The notes under the pieces were generated by a model. The model was not told the DNA's origin. It did no database searches and worked only from the letters and a program-made list of their open reading frames with translations. Shown piece by piece: positions 46,660 through 56,477 of a stretch of 57,495 nt of DNA (position 1 is the stretch's first letter; the number at the start of each line of letters is the position of its first letter). The position numbers and the translations under genes are program-made. Origin of the DNA: a virus. Its lineage: Duplodnaviria; Caudoviricetes. Location: IMG/VR virus record IMGVR_UViG_3300044742_000040, positions 1-57,495 of that record, one strand, 5' to 3'.

Positions 46660-48435
46660 TTAACCTTGTGTGGGATAGTAACCTGCACCGACATAGGGGA
46701 ACGGATCTTCTGTAGCACCACCGCCTCCACCTGCTTCGGTAAGTGTCTGCGAGAATTGCAACCATGAATCACCAGCAGCCGATGAGGATGGGCCATCTAG
46801 AGAGATTGCGCCATAGTTTGTGCCAGTCTGTAGTGATCCCTGAATATCATCTGAACAATAGTAAACGCGCAATCGGATTCGCTGATTGGCTGTAATGCTT
46901 CGATCATCGCCAGCAAACCACATCGTATAAGCGGTATCCGTAGTCGTTCCTGACATTCGCCCTAGTGCCGATGAGTTCAATTTCGCATTGGCCCAAACTA
47001 CTGCACTAGTTCCATCATCATTGCAAACAGCGAGTTCAGCCCAGATTGAAAAGATATTGCTTGAGCCAGTGCCTTGACGTGCGCGAATGTTCATTTTAAC
47101 CAGACCGGACAAAGTTTGTGCAGCGAGTGCAGGTGTATACCAATCGACAGGATAGCCATAGGTCACTACAAGGGACATGTCCTTGGCGGAATCCGTAGTC
47201 CATGAACCACCGCTGTTATTCGACGTGGCATAGATGCCATCAGCGTATGTACCCGTGGAAAATCCGTTTGGAGTAATGTCGAATACTCCTGCCGTATCGT
47301 TTTTCAGAACACCCCAATACTGCGTACCCTTAACGAGAGTTTCGTGATTAGCAAACCTACAAAAGTTGTTAGGCCCGTAGCCAGTAAACGTACTAGCAGC
47401 AATCGATGAGCCTGGTTGTCCTGAACTATCCGCATGAACGTCCATCAGTGGGCCATCGTCAGGGCCAATAATATTGATGCTCATATGCATCTGACGAATA
47501 TCGGGATCGCCCCAACCCGTAGGAATCTGGAAGCCCTGAGCGTTTCGACGTGCAGTAGTCGTATTGGAATCCATTGCGATAACACCACTACCACCGGCAG
47601 CGACATAAGCATGCTCACTACGAAAAGGAATGACACTTTGGTAAAGATCATTGTCGTTGTCAGCACCCGCTGTACCAGTACCCGCTGACCAGGCGGCAAG
47701 ACTCTCTACGGAAGTCGAACCGCGAGTAGTTAGCAGCTTTCTTGCGCTTCTTTTCGTCACGACCGGCGTATCTGCGTCAGTACGAAGGTAGTAAGTTGAG
47801 CCTGACGGTGTAGTTGTCAAAAATGTAACTGTTTCATTGATCTGAACCCAACTATCACCATCGGCACCGCCAGTACCACCATCGATACCAATGTTGCAGC
47901 TACCACCAGCACCCATTGTGCCTGCATCATCAATCCATATGATAGCCATAATACGATCGCCCTTATTAAACGCCGTAGAAGTAGGCGTTGCAGTCCAAGT
48001 ATAGAGCGCCCTTGTCGTAACGGCTACCTCGGTAACATTTGCCGAAACCTTCACTACCGTGACAGTATCACTATCAGCGGAAAACTTGTAAAGATCACAC
48101 TGAAGCGAAATGTTGTCGGCCATGTTATTCTCAGCGGCCCAGAAGTTGAACGTTAGTGTTCCTGAGAGCGTAAAGTCGGCGCTCACAGGCTCGCTAATCC
48201 AACATGCGGGAACCGTTCCTGAGCCGTAGGTCGTTCCTCCACCAAATTCAAGTCCGGCAGTTGGGCCAGCTACCGATGCCCTGGTAAAAGAAGTAGCTGC
48301 ACCACCAGCAGTTGTAGACAATGCCAAATTTACATACGGCCCACTGCCGATCTTCTTCGGCCACTGTACGTTGGTAATTCCAGGCTTGCGTGTACTACTT
48401 GCTAGAGCATTGCGGAAAAATAGCTTGGTAGCCAT
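46660..48435 (-). CDS. Putative virion fibre/appendage protein, 591 aa
   Basis: Gly/Thr/Ser-rich; duplicated domain ending GDSW. Confidence 0.7.
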   Translation of the reverse strand: MATKLFFRNALASSTRKPGITNVQWPKKIGSGPYVNLALSTTAGGAATSFTRASVAGPTAGLEFGGGTTYGSGTVPACWISEPVSADFTLSGTLTFNFWAAENNMADNISLQCDLYKFSADSDTVTVVKVSANVTEVAVTTRALYTWTATPTSTAFNKGDRIMAIIWIDDAGTMGAGGSCNIGIDGGTGGADGDSWVQINETVTFLTTTPSGSTYYLRTDADTPVVTKRSARKLLTTRGSTSVESLAAWSAGTGTAGADNDNDLYQSVIPFRSEHAYVAAGGSGVIAMDSNTTTARRNAQGFQIPTGWGDPDIRQMHMSINIIGPDDGPLMDVHADSSGQPGSSIAASTFTGYGPNNFCRFANHETLVKGTQYWGVLKNDTAGVFDITPNGFSTGTYADGIYATSNNSGGSWTTDSAKDMSLVVTYGYPVDWYTPALAAQTLSGLVKMNIRARQGTGSSNIFSIWAELAVCNDDGTSAVVWANAKLNSSALGRMSGTTTDTAYTMWFAGDDRSITANQRIRLRVYYCSDDIQGSLQTGTNYGAISLDGPSSSAAGDSWLQFSQTLTEAGGGGGATEDPFPYVGAGYYPTQG

Positions 48436-48641
48436 CAGCTAGTCCACCATCGTCGCCAGGGTCGCCACTCTGGTTTCTCCGCATTCAAGTTCTTCTGACC
48501 GGGCCAGCCGTCTATGCGAAAGAGTACGCGCTTCCATAACGGTGTTTGTAGAGTTAGCATTCGCTTCTCTAGATCGCGTATTATTCGCCATTGTTCAGTT
48601 TGATTTACCTGTAGATTCTCAATTTCTGGATCAGAACTCAT
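48435..48641 (-). CDS. Hypothetical protein
   Basis: Coupled to neighbouring genes. Confidence 0.6.
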   Translation of the reverse strand: MSSDPEIENLQVNQTEQWRIIRDLEKRMLTLQTPLWKRVLFRIDGWPGQKNLNAEKPEWRPWRRWWTS

Positions 48642-49485
48642 ATCCCCACACGTTTACTGTGAGTGGGTTAATCGCAGCCGATGTAGTCAAGTGGATTTCC
48701 TCGTCGGGGATGCCATGCCAAAAACCTTGTGCTGACCAACCCGGCTTGAGCGTTGCTGATGATGCGAATTCACCGTCGAAGATTGCACGATCAGTACCAC
48801 GTGTGTAAGTGGTATCAGCGGTAAGTCCAAACCAAAGCTGCACAGCGCCAGCAACCGTTCCACCAGCTTGTATCTGAACGCTGGTTACACCGATGCGCTT
48901 ACCCGATGCAGGCGACCAAACATCTGATCCTGTCTGCGTCGTCGTGGTCTGCACAACCTTGTTAATGATCGCATACGGAATCTCATGTGGAGCAGGTTGT
49001 GCAGCCGGATATCCAAAGTGAGCAGTCGTCTTGATTGCAGTAGTTGCACCAAGCGTCGTAACAGTACGAACACGATGCTGTCGCCAACCACTAGTCTTGA
49101 CTCGATAGACTTTGCCCGAGGTCGGTGTTGGGTTAGTTCCGGTCAAACCAATACCAACTGGTTCCTCTATGAATTCTGCACCGACCCAGTTTGTATCGTC
49201 CGCCGTAACTTCAAAGGTAAGTGTACCCGACGTAGATGTACCAACATAGTATGAAACAACGTCGGCACCATCGACGTTGCGGGTAATCGCAGAGTTTACA
49301 GCAGTACCGAGGTTAGACGGATCGGCCTTGATATCGAATCCAGGGCCGATACCAAAGATCGGTACTGTTGGCGCAGTCGTCGTATTGGGAGCAGTAGCCA
49401 TAGCAGCAATGCTTGTAACAGGCTGCCACGCCGATCCATCCCATACGTAACCTTGTGATTGTGGACTTGGCCTAACGTCCGCCAT
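48631..49485 (-). CDS. Putative virion protein (MADVR start)
   Basis: Thr/Gly-rich, WDGSAW motif. Confidence 0.7.
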   Translation of the reverse strand: MADVRPSPQSQGYVWDGSAWQPVTSIAAMATAPNTTTAPTVPIFGIGPGFDIKADPSNLGTAVNSAITRNVDGADVVSYYVGTSTSGTLTFEVTADDTNWVGAEFIEEPVGIGLTGTNPTPTSGKVYRVKTSGWRQHRVRTVTTLGATTAIKTTAHFGYPAAQPAPHEIPYAIINKVVQTTTTQTGSDVWSPASGKRIGVTSVQIQAGGTVAGAVQLWFGLTADTTYTRGTDRAIFDGEFASSATLKPGWSAQGFWHGIPDEEIHLTTSAAINPLTVNVWGYEF

Positions 49486-49542
49486 ATCTCTCCATTATGT
49501 AAGGGGGTGGAGTTTCCCCCACCCCCTATGTTGTTAGCTGGA

Positions 49543-51162
49543 TTAGCCTGCGTGCATAACTGCCGAATAAACGTCAGCAGCTTCAGAAGCATCGAGGTTT
49601 GTACGAATCAATCTGAAACCATCGAGTCCTGCGGTTGCAGAAAACGTGTGCTTCCAGAAATCAGGATGCTCAGGCTTGAAAGTCTGAGTCTGTCCTGCGG
49701 CAGTGAAGAACACTGCGAGAGTCGTACCAACGGAGTTATCGACGTACTGAAGCTCACCCTTCATCGGCACCGAAGCACCCATGATAACGGAGTAGACGGA
49801 CTTCGTTGCGGCACCGAAATCAGCCGAGTCATGGTTGGACGTTGAGCCTGCCGCAAGAGAAGCGGCAGTGTTGTAGTTGGGGGTCGGAGAAGTAGGTGGA
49901 GAAGCAGCGCCGCCACCCGTGATTACATCGACCTGCAAGCGGCCGGTGTTTGCGGTACGAACACGATCCCACGTCGTTCCATTGAATCCCATCAGGAAGA
50001 CTTGGTTCTGTGCAAGCCCCGCACCGGGGTTAGCGAGTGCGTCAGCAAGAGTAGCTGCACTCTTGGCCCTGATCCAGTTAGTCGAACCATCCCACAACAT
50101 TCCGGCTGCACCAATCATGGAAGTAGTGGGGTTACCAGTCGTATCCGACAAAGCTGCGGCGGCAGGCAACTCAGTGTCAACCGTCACAGTTGCAGAAGAT
50201 GCGGTAAGGTTAACGCTCAGTCGGCCGGATGCGTCAACTGCACTTCTCTGACCGCGAGTGGTCGCATCCTCAATGACCATAACCTGCGCTCGCTTGGAAT
50301 CGATACGTGCTGCGGCTGTATCGTTCTCGGTGAGTCCAGTACCAGCGGTTTCATCGAAGATGAATCCTGCAACCCCCACAGAGGAGGTACCGTCTGTGAA
50401 GGCAGCATTGTCAACCAACACGTTTGCAGGAGTACCGCCACCGCCTGTAATCACGTCAACTTGCAGACGCCCTGTGTTAGCTGTGCGGACGCGATCCCAC
50501 GTAGTGCCGTTGAAGCCCATGAGGAAGACCTGACCCTGTGCAAGTCCAGTACCAGGGTTAGCAAGCGCATCGGCCAGCGTTGCTGCACCTTTTGCACGAT
50601 CCCATGTAGTTCCATTGAATACATGACTGAACACACCGACACTTGTAGTCGTCGGGTTAGCAGTTGCATCGGCAAGTGCAGCAGTAGCAGGAAGTTCCGA
50701 GTCAACCGTGACCGTACCCGTAACCGTGGTTGACGTGAGAGAAACAGGAACAACCGTACCGGATGCAACACCTTCAATCAGTAGTGCGCGACGAGTAGAC
50801 AGACGAAGGTTCGCAAACTGGTTTTCTGTAACCGTCGTCGTACCAGTATCGTCAAGCTGTGCCTGAATACCGACTGCCTGAATTCCTGTACCAGTGGAAT
50901 CCTGGGCAGTAGCGGCGGACTTTGCACGATCCCACGTTGTACCGTTCCACGTGAGATTCGCTGCACCGACCATACCGGCGGTCGGGTTTCCTGCACCGTC
51001 TGCCAAAGCAGCAGCAGTTGAAAGCTCTGTATCTACTGTGACAGTTGCAGATGACGCTGTTAGATTGACGGAGAGACGACCGGACGCATCGACTGCAACT
51101 TGCTGCGATGGAGTAGTTGCATCCGAAATCTTCACGTCGGGGAGTACGCGAACGTCAGCCAT
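49543..51162 (-). CDS. Repeat-containing virion fibre-like protein (MADVR start)
   Basis: Repeated NGTTWDR and VDASGRLSVNL modules. Confidence 0.8.
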   Translation of the reverse strand: MADVRVLPDVKISDATTPSQQVAVDASGRLSVNLTASSATVTVDTELSTAAALADGAGNPTAGMVGAANLTWNGTTWDRAKSAATAQDSTGTGIQAVGIQAQLDDTGTTTVTENQFANLRLSTRRALLIEGVASGTVVPVSLTSTTVTGTVTVDSELPATAALADATANPTTTSVGVFSHVFNGTTWDRAKGAATLADALANPGTGLAQGQVFLMGFNGTTWDRVRTANTGRLQVDVITGGGGTPANVLVDNAAFTDGTSSVGVAGFIFDETAGTGLTENDTAAARIDSKRAQVMVIEDATTRGQRSAVDASGRLSVNLTASSATVTVDTELPAAAALSDTTGNPTTSMIGAAGMLWDGSTNWIRAKSAATLADALANPGAGLAQNQVFLMGFNGTTWDRVRTANTGRLQVDVITGGGAASPPTSPTPNYNTAASLAAGSTSNHDSADFGAATKSVYSVIMGASVPMKGELQYVDNSVGTTLAVFFTAAGQTQTFKPEHPDFWKHTFSATAGLDGFRLIRTNLDASEAADVYSAVMHAG

Positions 51163-51389
51163 TAGCCTTCCTCACCCCCTTCGGGTGGATTGTCGAGTGC
51201 TTCCAAGTTGCTCTCCTGTTTCTGAATCTCAAGCTTCGATGCCTCGATATTTTCCTTGTTTCGTTCGATCTTCTCGTAAGTTTCCATTATCTCAAGCTCT
51301 TGTGATTCGATCATGAACTCAAGGCGCTTGATTTCAGCGGAAATCCGCTTACGAATCAAATCCTGTGGGCCTGGGCCTTTATCAGCCAT
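51162..51389 (-). CDS. Small coiled-coil protein
   Basis: Heptad Glu/Lys-rich sequence. Confidence 0.65.
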   Translation of the reverse strand: MADKGPGPQDLIRKRISAEIKRLEFMIESQELEIMETYEKIERNKENIEASKLEIQKQESNLEALDNPPEGGEEG

Positions 51390-51580
51390 CAGTCATCGTC
51401 TACAGGAACACCGAACTTGTCCTGCGCTTCTTGTAAATGAACCGGGTGCGCCAGTTCATTGAGTGAAGTAGCTGCAACGACAATCGAATCCCGCTTTGAT
51501 CTTTTCTCGACTGTGGCTTTGGCGGCGTCGGGAGAAGCCGCTGAAACCTCAAAAAGTTCATACACGACCATTTTGGGCAT
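51389..51580 (-). CDS. Hypothetical protein
   Basis: GGAGGA RBS. Confidence 0.6.
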   Translation of the reverse strand: MPKMVVYELFEVSAASPDAAKATVEKRSKRDSIVVAATSLNELAHPVHLQEAQDKFGVPVDDD

Positions 51581-51857
51581 CGGGTTCCTCCCTCTCGGTT
51601 ATGATGCCTGTCTCGATATTCAGATCGAACCTCTGTGGTAGACCATACTCCTCGATCAGTGCATTCTGGAAGACCTCTACATAGTTGCTCGCAGCGTGGT
51701 ATTCCATATTCTTTGAAAGCAGGAGCCTATGTCGATTCTCATACTCTAGTCTTTCGTCCTCAGTCAGAGTATGCAAGACCTTAGGCTTTCTCTTTCTCTT
51801 AACAGGGGCTTTGGTCGGCGCGACCTTCCCTGATTTATCTCTCCTAACGTCAGCCAT
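51558..51857 (-). CDS. Hypothetical protein (MADVR start)
   Basis: TAATG coupling. Confidence 0.65.
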   Translation of the reverse strand: MADVRRDKSGKVAPTKAPVKRKRKPKVLHTLTEDERLEYENRHRLLLSKNMEYHAASNYVEVFQNALIEEYGLPQRFDLNIETGIITEREEPDAQNGRV

Positions 51858-52321
51858 TACGGTGTGACCTCATCCCAAAATAGTGTTGTACGAACATCGG
51901 CTGCTTGGTTAACATCAAGGTTCGTGATTGATACTCCAAACGCTTTACCAGCGCCCCCTGCTAGTTCAATCCATTTCCCTCCTATCGGAACGCGCCAGGG
52001 GAACGTTTCACCTGGGCCTGTATAAATTGAAGTCCGTGTAGTTCGTGCGCCATTGACTACTTGGATATCACATCGAATCGGCACAGAGCAACCAATGTCA
52101 GCACCTAGTAATCTACCGACCCTACCAGTAGCAATATCCGCTGCTGTCAAATCAACATTGCCTCCTGCTGATAGGTTTGTCGATACAAGGATTTGATCAT
52201 GAGGAGACTGTACAGCAAAGCCGATAAGCTGTATCTGACCAAATGCACCAGCATCATCGGTTGCAACCTTGACAGCAACATCGCCTGCGCCGGTAAGTGG
52301 TAGGTTAACGCCATCAGCCAT
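51857..52321 (-). CDS. Putative virion protein
   Basis: C-terminal ITNLDVNQAADVRTTL resembles the end of the 539-aa protein. Confidence 0.65.
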   Translation of the reverse strand: MADGVNLPLTGAGDVAVKVATDDAGAFGQIQLIGFAVQSPHDQILVSTNLSAGGNVDLTAADIATGRVGRLLGADIGCSVPIRCDIQVVNGARTTRTSIYTGPGETFPWRVPIGGKWIELAGGAGKAFGVSITNLDVNQAADVRTTLFWDEVTP

Positions 52322-52409
52322 TATTCAATGCCCTTCAGTCGCTCGATCAGTGACAAGAATTCGTCGGCTGGCGATAACAACGAATGTAAAAAGTCCTCAT
52401 AGCTCTGTT

Positions 52410-52751
52410 CTATCGACTTCCCTGTGAATCCTTCTGCTTTTGCTCTTGAAACCTTTGATACTGTAGGAAACGGTACTTCGTGGCATCTAGTGAAGGGATT
52501 GTAAGCAACTCTAGCTCCCACGCGGCGATTATTAGTTCCAGTTTGCTGCTTACCCTCTTTTGAGCCTTGAGTTTCACTTTCGTTCTCAAGTGCTTCAAAT
52601 GACTCTTGACTGTCTCGGTACTGATAAATAGTACCTTTCCTATCTCCGGGTTTGTCAGTCCTAATGCTGCAAAGTGCAGTACCTCTAGTTCCCTAGAGGT
52701 AGGTACGTCTCGTCCAGCATAATCAATATCGTCTGGAAACCTGGAAGTCAC
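52410..52751 (-). CDS. LuxR/GerE-type HTH protein
   Basis: PTSRELEVL...GLTNPEIGKVLFISTETVKSHL. Confidence 0.85.
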   Translation of the reverse strand: MTSRFPDDIDYAGRDVPTSRELEVLHFAALGLTNPEIGKVLFISTETVKSHLKHLRTKVKLKAQKRVSSKLELIIAAWELELLTIPSLDATKYRFLQYQRFQEQKQKDSQGSR

Positions 52752-52771
52752 TAGCTGACGGCACGGCTAGC

Positions 52772-53419
52772 CTAGGAGGTAAAGACACGAACATCGACAG
52801 ATGCAGAGTTTGTACCATCGGTAGCAGTGACCCGATATGTACCTTCCTCAGTCGGCGTCCAATCCAACGGCTTTGCAAGCGCAGCCGCACCACCAGTCAG
52901 AGTACCGGCACCGAATGCGTTGGTTGTCAGTGTCTCAGTGCTAACAATACTATTACCGACAGTTCCAGGCTGACGTGCATAAAACACAATCGTGGTAGCC
53001 GTCTTTGGCCCTGCGAAAACGTCGTTATTCTTGGGCGTACCAAGTCCGTAAGTAACACCCTCACCCGCACCGTTGTTGACTGCGGCCTTGATATTGTCGA
53101 GTGTATCGGTCGCGGCAGCACCAATACGAATCTCGTTAGGCAGAAGCGTATTCGTTCCTGACCTAAGCGTATAAACCTGTGTACCAAGTGTGAGTGTCTC
53201 ACTCGTCGAGGGCTGTCCCGTCGAGGTAAGCGTCACAGTGGCATGATCTGCTAGTCCTGCACTACTAAATGCCCCTGCCGCTGACGATGTAATTTCAGAC
53301 TTCACACCTGGCCCAACAACCTCAACTACGCATTCTGTCGAGTTAGCAAATCCCTCACCCAAAATTGCAATAGGCTTACCTACGATGCCCGGATTGGGTG
53401 TTGCAGTAAGTGATGCCAT
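52772..53419 (-). CDS. Putative virion structural protein
   Basis: NEIRIGAAATDTLDNIKAAVN; Ig-like ends. Confidence 0.7.
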   Translation of the reverse strand: MASLTATPNPGIVGKPIAILGEGFANSTECVVEVVGPGVKSEITSSAAGAFSSAGLADHATVTLTSTGQPSTSETLTLGTQVYTLRSGTNTLLPNEIRIGAAATDTLDNIKAAVNNGAGEGVTYGLGTPKNNDVFAGPKTATTIVFYARQPGTVGNSIVSTETLTTNAFGAGTLTGGAAALAKPLDWTPTEEGTYRVTATDGTNSASVDVRVFTS

Positions 53420-53434
53420 AAATACCCCTTTCGC

Positions 53435-53764
53435 CTAGTCCTTTTGTTTGACGGTTGCCCGTGCGCCTTCCATACCTTCGATCAGTTCGCGGATCGGATC
53501 GACAGACGCCTTACCCTGATCAAGCAACTTGTCGTATCCCCACATTGCAACTTTGGCTTTGAGCGCGTCAGACTGGCTGTGTCGCACAGTATGACGTAGG
53601 GCTTGCAGAAAGTCAGACTTCAGGTCTTCGATATCACTAAGTGCAGACTTGCTGGTAGAGCCTTCTGCTTCGTTATCAAGGAATTCGCTTTCAAGTGCAT
53701 CCTTCAGTTCCTTGAGGCGATCGGACTCGTCTGCATTAAGTCCAAGATCGTCGTTAATCGACAT
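53435..53764 (-). CDS. Possible terminase small subunit
   Basis: First gene of the late arm; helical; assignment mainly positional. Confidence 0.35.
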   Translation of the reverse strand: MSINDDLGLNADESDRLKELKDALESEFLDNEAEGSTSKSALSDIEDLKSDFLQALRHTVRHSQSDALKAKVAMWGYDKLLDQGKASVDPIRELIEGMEGARATVKQKD

Positions 53765-54126
53765 TATCTACCACCACCCTCTCGACATACGCGACGGCGA
53801 TAATTGGAAGTGCATATCGCCAGGGAACGCGGTTCATTGCACACGACGATACACGTGGCCCAGGGCTTGTATCAATTGTCACATGCAAGTTTACACCCCC
53901 ATGTAGTTTAAGAACAACGGTAGTGGACTATTTGGCTCTGCGACGAAAGAATGCTTCTTAAATCCAAGACTTTCGGCCAGGCTTGACGGATGGTCGTGTT
54001 GCCAATCCTGCAAATATGCAATTACCCTGCAAATGACCACTATGCAAGTAATAGTTTTGCTCAACCATGCATAAATGCAATGATTCGTCTGTGGCACAGA
54101 ACGCAACCACAACCGAGGGAGGCTCC

Positions 54127-54516
54127 ATGCAGACGCTACGGCGCTTGCAAGTTCGCTCCTTGCATGCTCACGGCCGCAAGAGGGTCAACGCTGATAGTTG
54201 GCTCACGGCGCTTGAATCGCGCTATGCGGAGAACATGCAGGCAACCGGGCAGATTGTCCGGGCAATGGCTCACGAATCGGACAATGACGGACGCGGGACG
54301 GTTGCGGACTCCGCGCTAGGGGTCAACGCAACCGAGGTTAGGCACAGTGAGCGATGGCTAGGCAAGCGGGACGAAAGCAAGGATTACGGTTGCTATTCGA
54401 TCCGGCCGGATGGCACTAGGGTGCCATTCGAGCCAAGCTCCGACGACAAGCCTAGGCAAGCTCCGAAACCAGCACCAGCCAAGCCGTACACCAGACTCCG
54501 GAAAACCTACCTTTAG
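54127..54516 (+). CDS. Hypothetical protein
   Basis: GAGGGAGG RBS; followed by a terminator. Confidence 0.6.
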   Translation: MQTLRRLQVRSLHAHGRKRVNADSWLTALESRYAENMQATGQIVRAMAHESDNDGRGTVADSALGVNATEVRHSERWLGKRDESKDYGCYSIRPDGTRVPFEPSSDDKPRQAPKPAPAKPYTRLRKTYL

Positions 54517-54525
54517 CAACCAGCC

Positions 54526-54560
54526 AAGCTAGGCAGGGATCACACCCTGCCTAGCTTTTA
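54526..54560 (+). terminator. Intrinsic terminator
   Basis: AAGCTAGGCAGGG/CCCTGCCTAGCTT stem with T tail. Confidence 0.8.
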
Positions 54561-54642
54561 CCCTATCCCTACAACCAAGGAGGCACGGCGCTACATACGC
54601 GCAAAAGCGACCGTAAATTTCGTGCCAAGGGAGGAACACAAA

Positions 54643-54867
54643 ATGCGTGGTAATAGCACCATGAAATCTAAGCGTGTTCATGGTCAGTCTGCGAATACGA
54701 TCATGAATTTGCAGATTGCGATGGAACACTGTAAAGAGCCGGGATGCAAGAATCCCGTAATTGCAACACGTAACCCGAACGGGGTTACGAAAATCCGGGC
54801 ATGCATCGAACACGTCTGCACAGGTGTGAATCCGCGTAGGAAAGTCGAGCTTCCCTACTACCACTAG
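54643..54867 (+). CDS. Small Cys-rich protein
   Basis: CCAAGGGAGG RBS; CKEPGC...CIEH. Confidence 0.6.
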   Translation: MRGNSTMKSKRVHGQSANTIMNLQIAMEHCKEPGCKNPVIATRNPNGVTKIRACIEHVCTGVNPRRKVELPYYH

Positions 54868-55542
54868 AACAGACGTTCGATCCTTTACAAATCCATCATA
54901 TGATGTGAGTATGCGTATACTCACATTTGCCTGAAAACCCCTGCAAAACAGGGGTTTGTACAGCGAATATATGAAGTTTGCAATCTTCGCTAAAAGGTCT
55001 GATGGAAACTGGTAAAGAGTGACCACTATCCTTTGGAAAGGGGTGATTTGCAGGCTGTTTACCAGTAGTTACTAGTTCATACGTAAGGTATACGGGTGCT
55101 TATCCTGAAATCGAGGATGAAATTTACGTTATTTTGCAAGTCGGAAACCCCTAAATAGGAGAACAATCATGAAAGTCCTGTACGGTTTCGTAGGATTGCG
55201 TATCCTACTCTACTACTCGCTCTTGCGAGGCAACACAGCCGATCCGCATACGTGGAATTTGCCTAGCGTTACAAGGTAAACTCGTACCCTTGACAGCCAT
55301 GCTACAATGAAATTAGGAGGGCAAACACGAAAGGACACCATGCCACGTAGCGTATGGATACAGATTCAGAAAGTCATTCAGGATCGTATCGAACAGTATC
55401 CGACAAGCGAGAGTTACCGCGAAGGATGCGGATATATAAAGGGTCATGGATCGTAAGCTTCGCAAGCTACACCGTAAGGTGTAGCATGCAAATCCTACGA
55501 ACTTGACAGCGTAGGTACAATAGAAATAGGGAGGAGGTTAAC

Positions 55543-55734
55543 ATGCCTAGCAAGCTCATTCTTGATATGGCACCCGTCAAGCAGACTGACAACACTGTTG
55601 TGTTTTCAGAGAAGCTGGACGAGTCAAATCCGCTGAGCTTCCGCCGCGTTTCTGGACTCTACATTCAGAAGCGTGACCTGAAGGATATGGGTTGGACGGG
55701 AGACAGCTTCAAGCTGACCATCGAGGCCAGCTAA
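55543..55734 (+). CDS. Hypothetical protein
   Basis: GGAGGAGG RBS. Confidence 0.75.
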   Translation: MPSKLILDMAPVKQTDNTVVFSEKLDESNPLSFRRVSGLYIQKRDLKDMGWTGDSFKLTIEAS

Positions 55735-55790
55735 GCAAGTCACAGGGGTAACACTGAACTTGAGCATCCTGAAATAACTTAGGGGGTACG

Positions 55791-56009
55791 ATGATCACCA
55801 TAGAGGAAGCCAAACAACTTCAGCACCGTGATAGATTGATTGACTCACGGGATGGCGCACGTTGGTATGTAAACGGTAGAATACAAACATGGAAGCGTGA
55901 CGCTAGTAGAATCCGCGTTCCACTAAAGCATGGACTCTACCAGTACGGTGCGCTGCATGATTCTGACTTCACGAATGGAGTCTGTGCGTACATGACCAAG
56001 GAAGGGTGA
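55791..56009 (+). CDS. Hypothetical phage protein
   Basis: WYVNG...TWKRD...PLKHGLY. Confidence 0.7.
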   Translation: MITIEEAKQLQHRDRLIDSRDGARWYVNGRIQTWKRDASRIRVPLKHGLYQYGALHDSDFTNGVCAYMTKEG

Positions 56010-56010
56010 A

Positions 56011-56247
56011 ATGTTTACGAGTCAGCACTACAACGCGGTTGCGAAAGTCTTGCATGACTCGCGCAATGCCGCGATAGAATCGGAGAATTCGACACAGGCT
56101 GTACCGTACAAGTTTTGGTATGACCACGTGTATACGCCTATCGTGAAACTCTTTGAGGAAGACAATCCTCGCTTCTCCACTGTGAGCTTTTGCTATGCGG
56201 TGGCGACCGGCGAATACGTGTCGAGGCGAATGGACAAGAAATCATGA
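56011..56247 (+). CDS. Hypothetical phage protein
   Basis: HYNAVA...DNPRF. Confidence 0.7.
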   Translation: MFTSQHYNAVAKVLHDSRNAAIESENSTQAVPYKFWYDHVYTPIVKLFEEDNPRFSTVSFCYAVATGEYVSRRMDKKS

Positions 56248-56477
56248 CCGAGCAACAGCGTAAGAGACTTGCCGAGTACCTCGATGATGAGAATATCGAG
56301 ATACGTACCATCGAGTATCCATCGGGACTTTCCAAGGATGGAAGGGCATTACTGGATGCTGTCAAAGTGTACTATCACATGACAATTCCTGAACGTGGAG
56401 AGAAGCGTGGGTACATCGATTGGTATGGCCCTGATGGATGGCATGTCAACACAGAATACAAGGGGGTCATTGCATGA
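56244..56477 (+). CDS. Hypothetical protein
   Basis: ATGA coupling. Confidence 0.6.
   Translation: MTEQQRKRLAEYLDDENIEIRTIEYPSGLSKDGRALLDAVKVYYHMTIPERGEKRGYIDWYGPDGWHVNTEYKGVIA

Noticed and set aside
49543-51162. Diversity-generating retroelement TR/VR pair
   Set aside because: The repeats differ at synonymous sites rather than specifically at adenines, and no reverse transcriptase was found.
32498-51316. Long + strand ORFs opposite the structural genes
   Set aside because: Antisense shadows of well-supported - strand genes, with no RBS or motifs.
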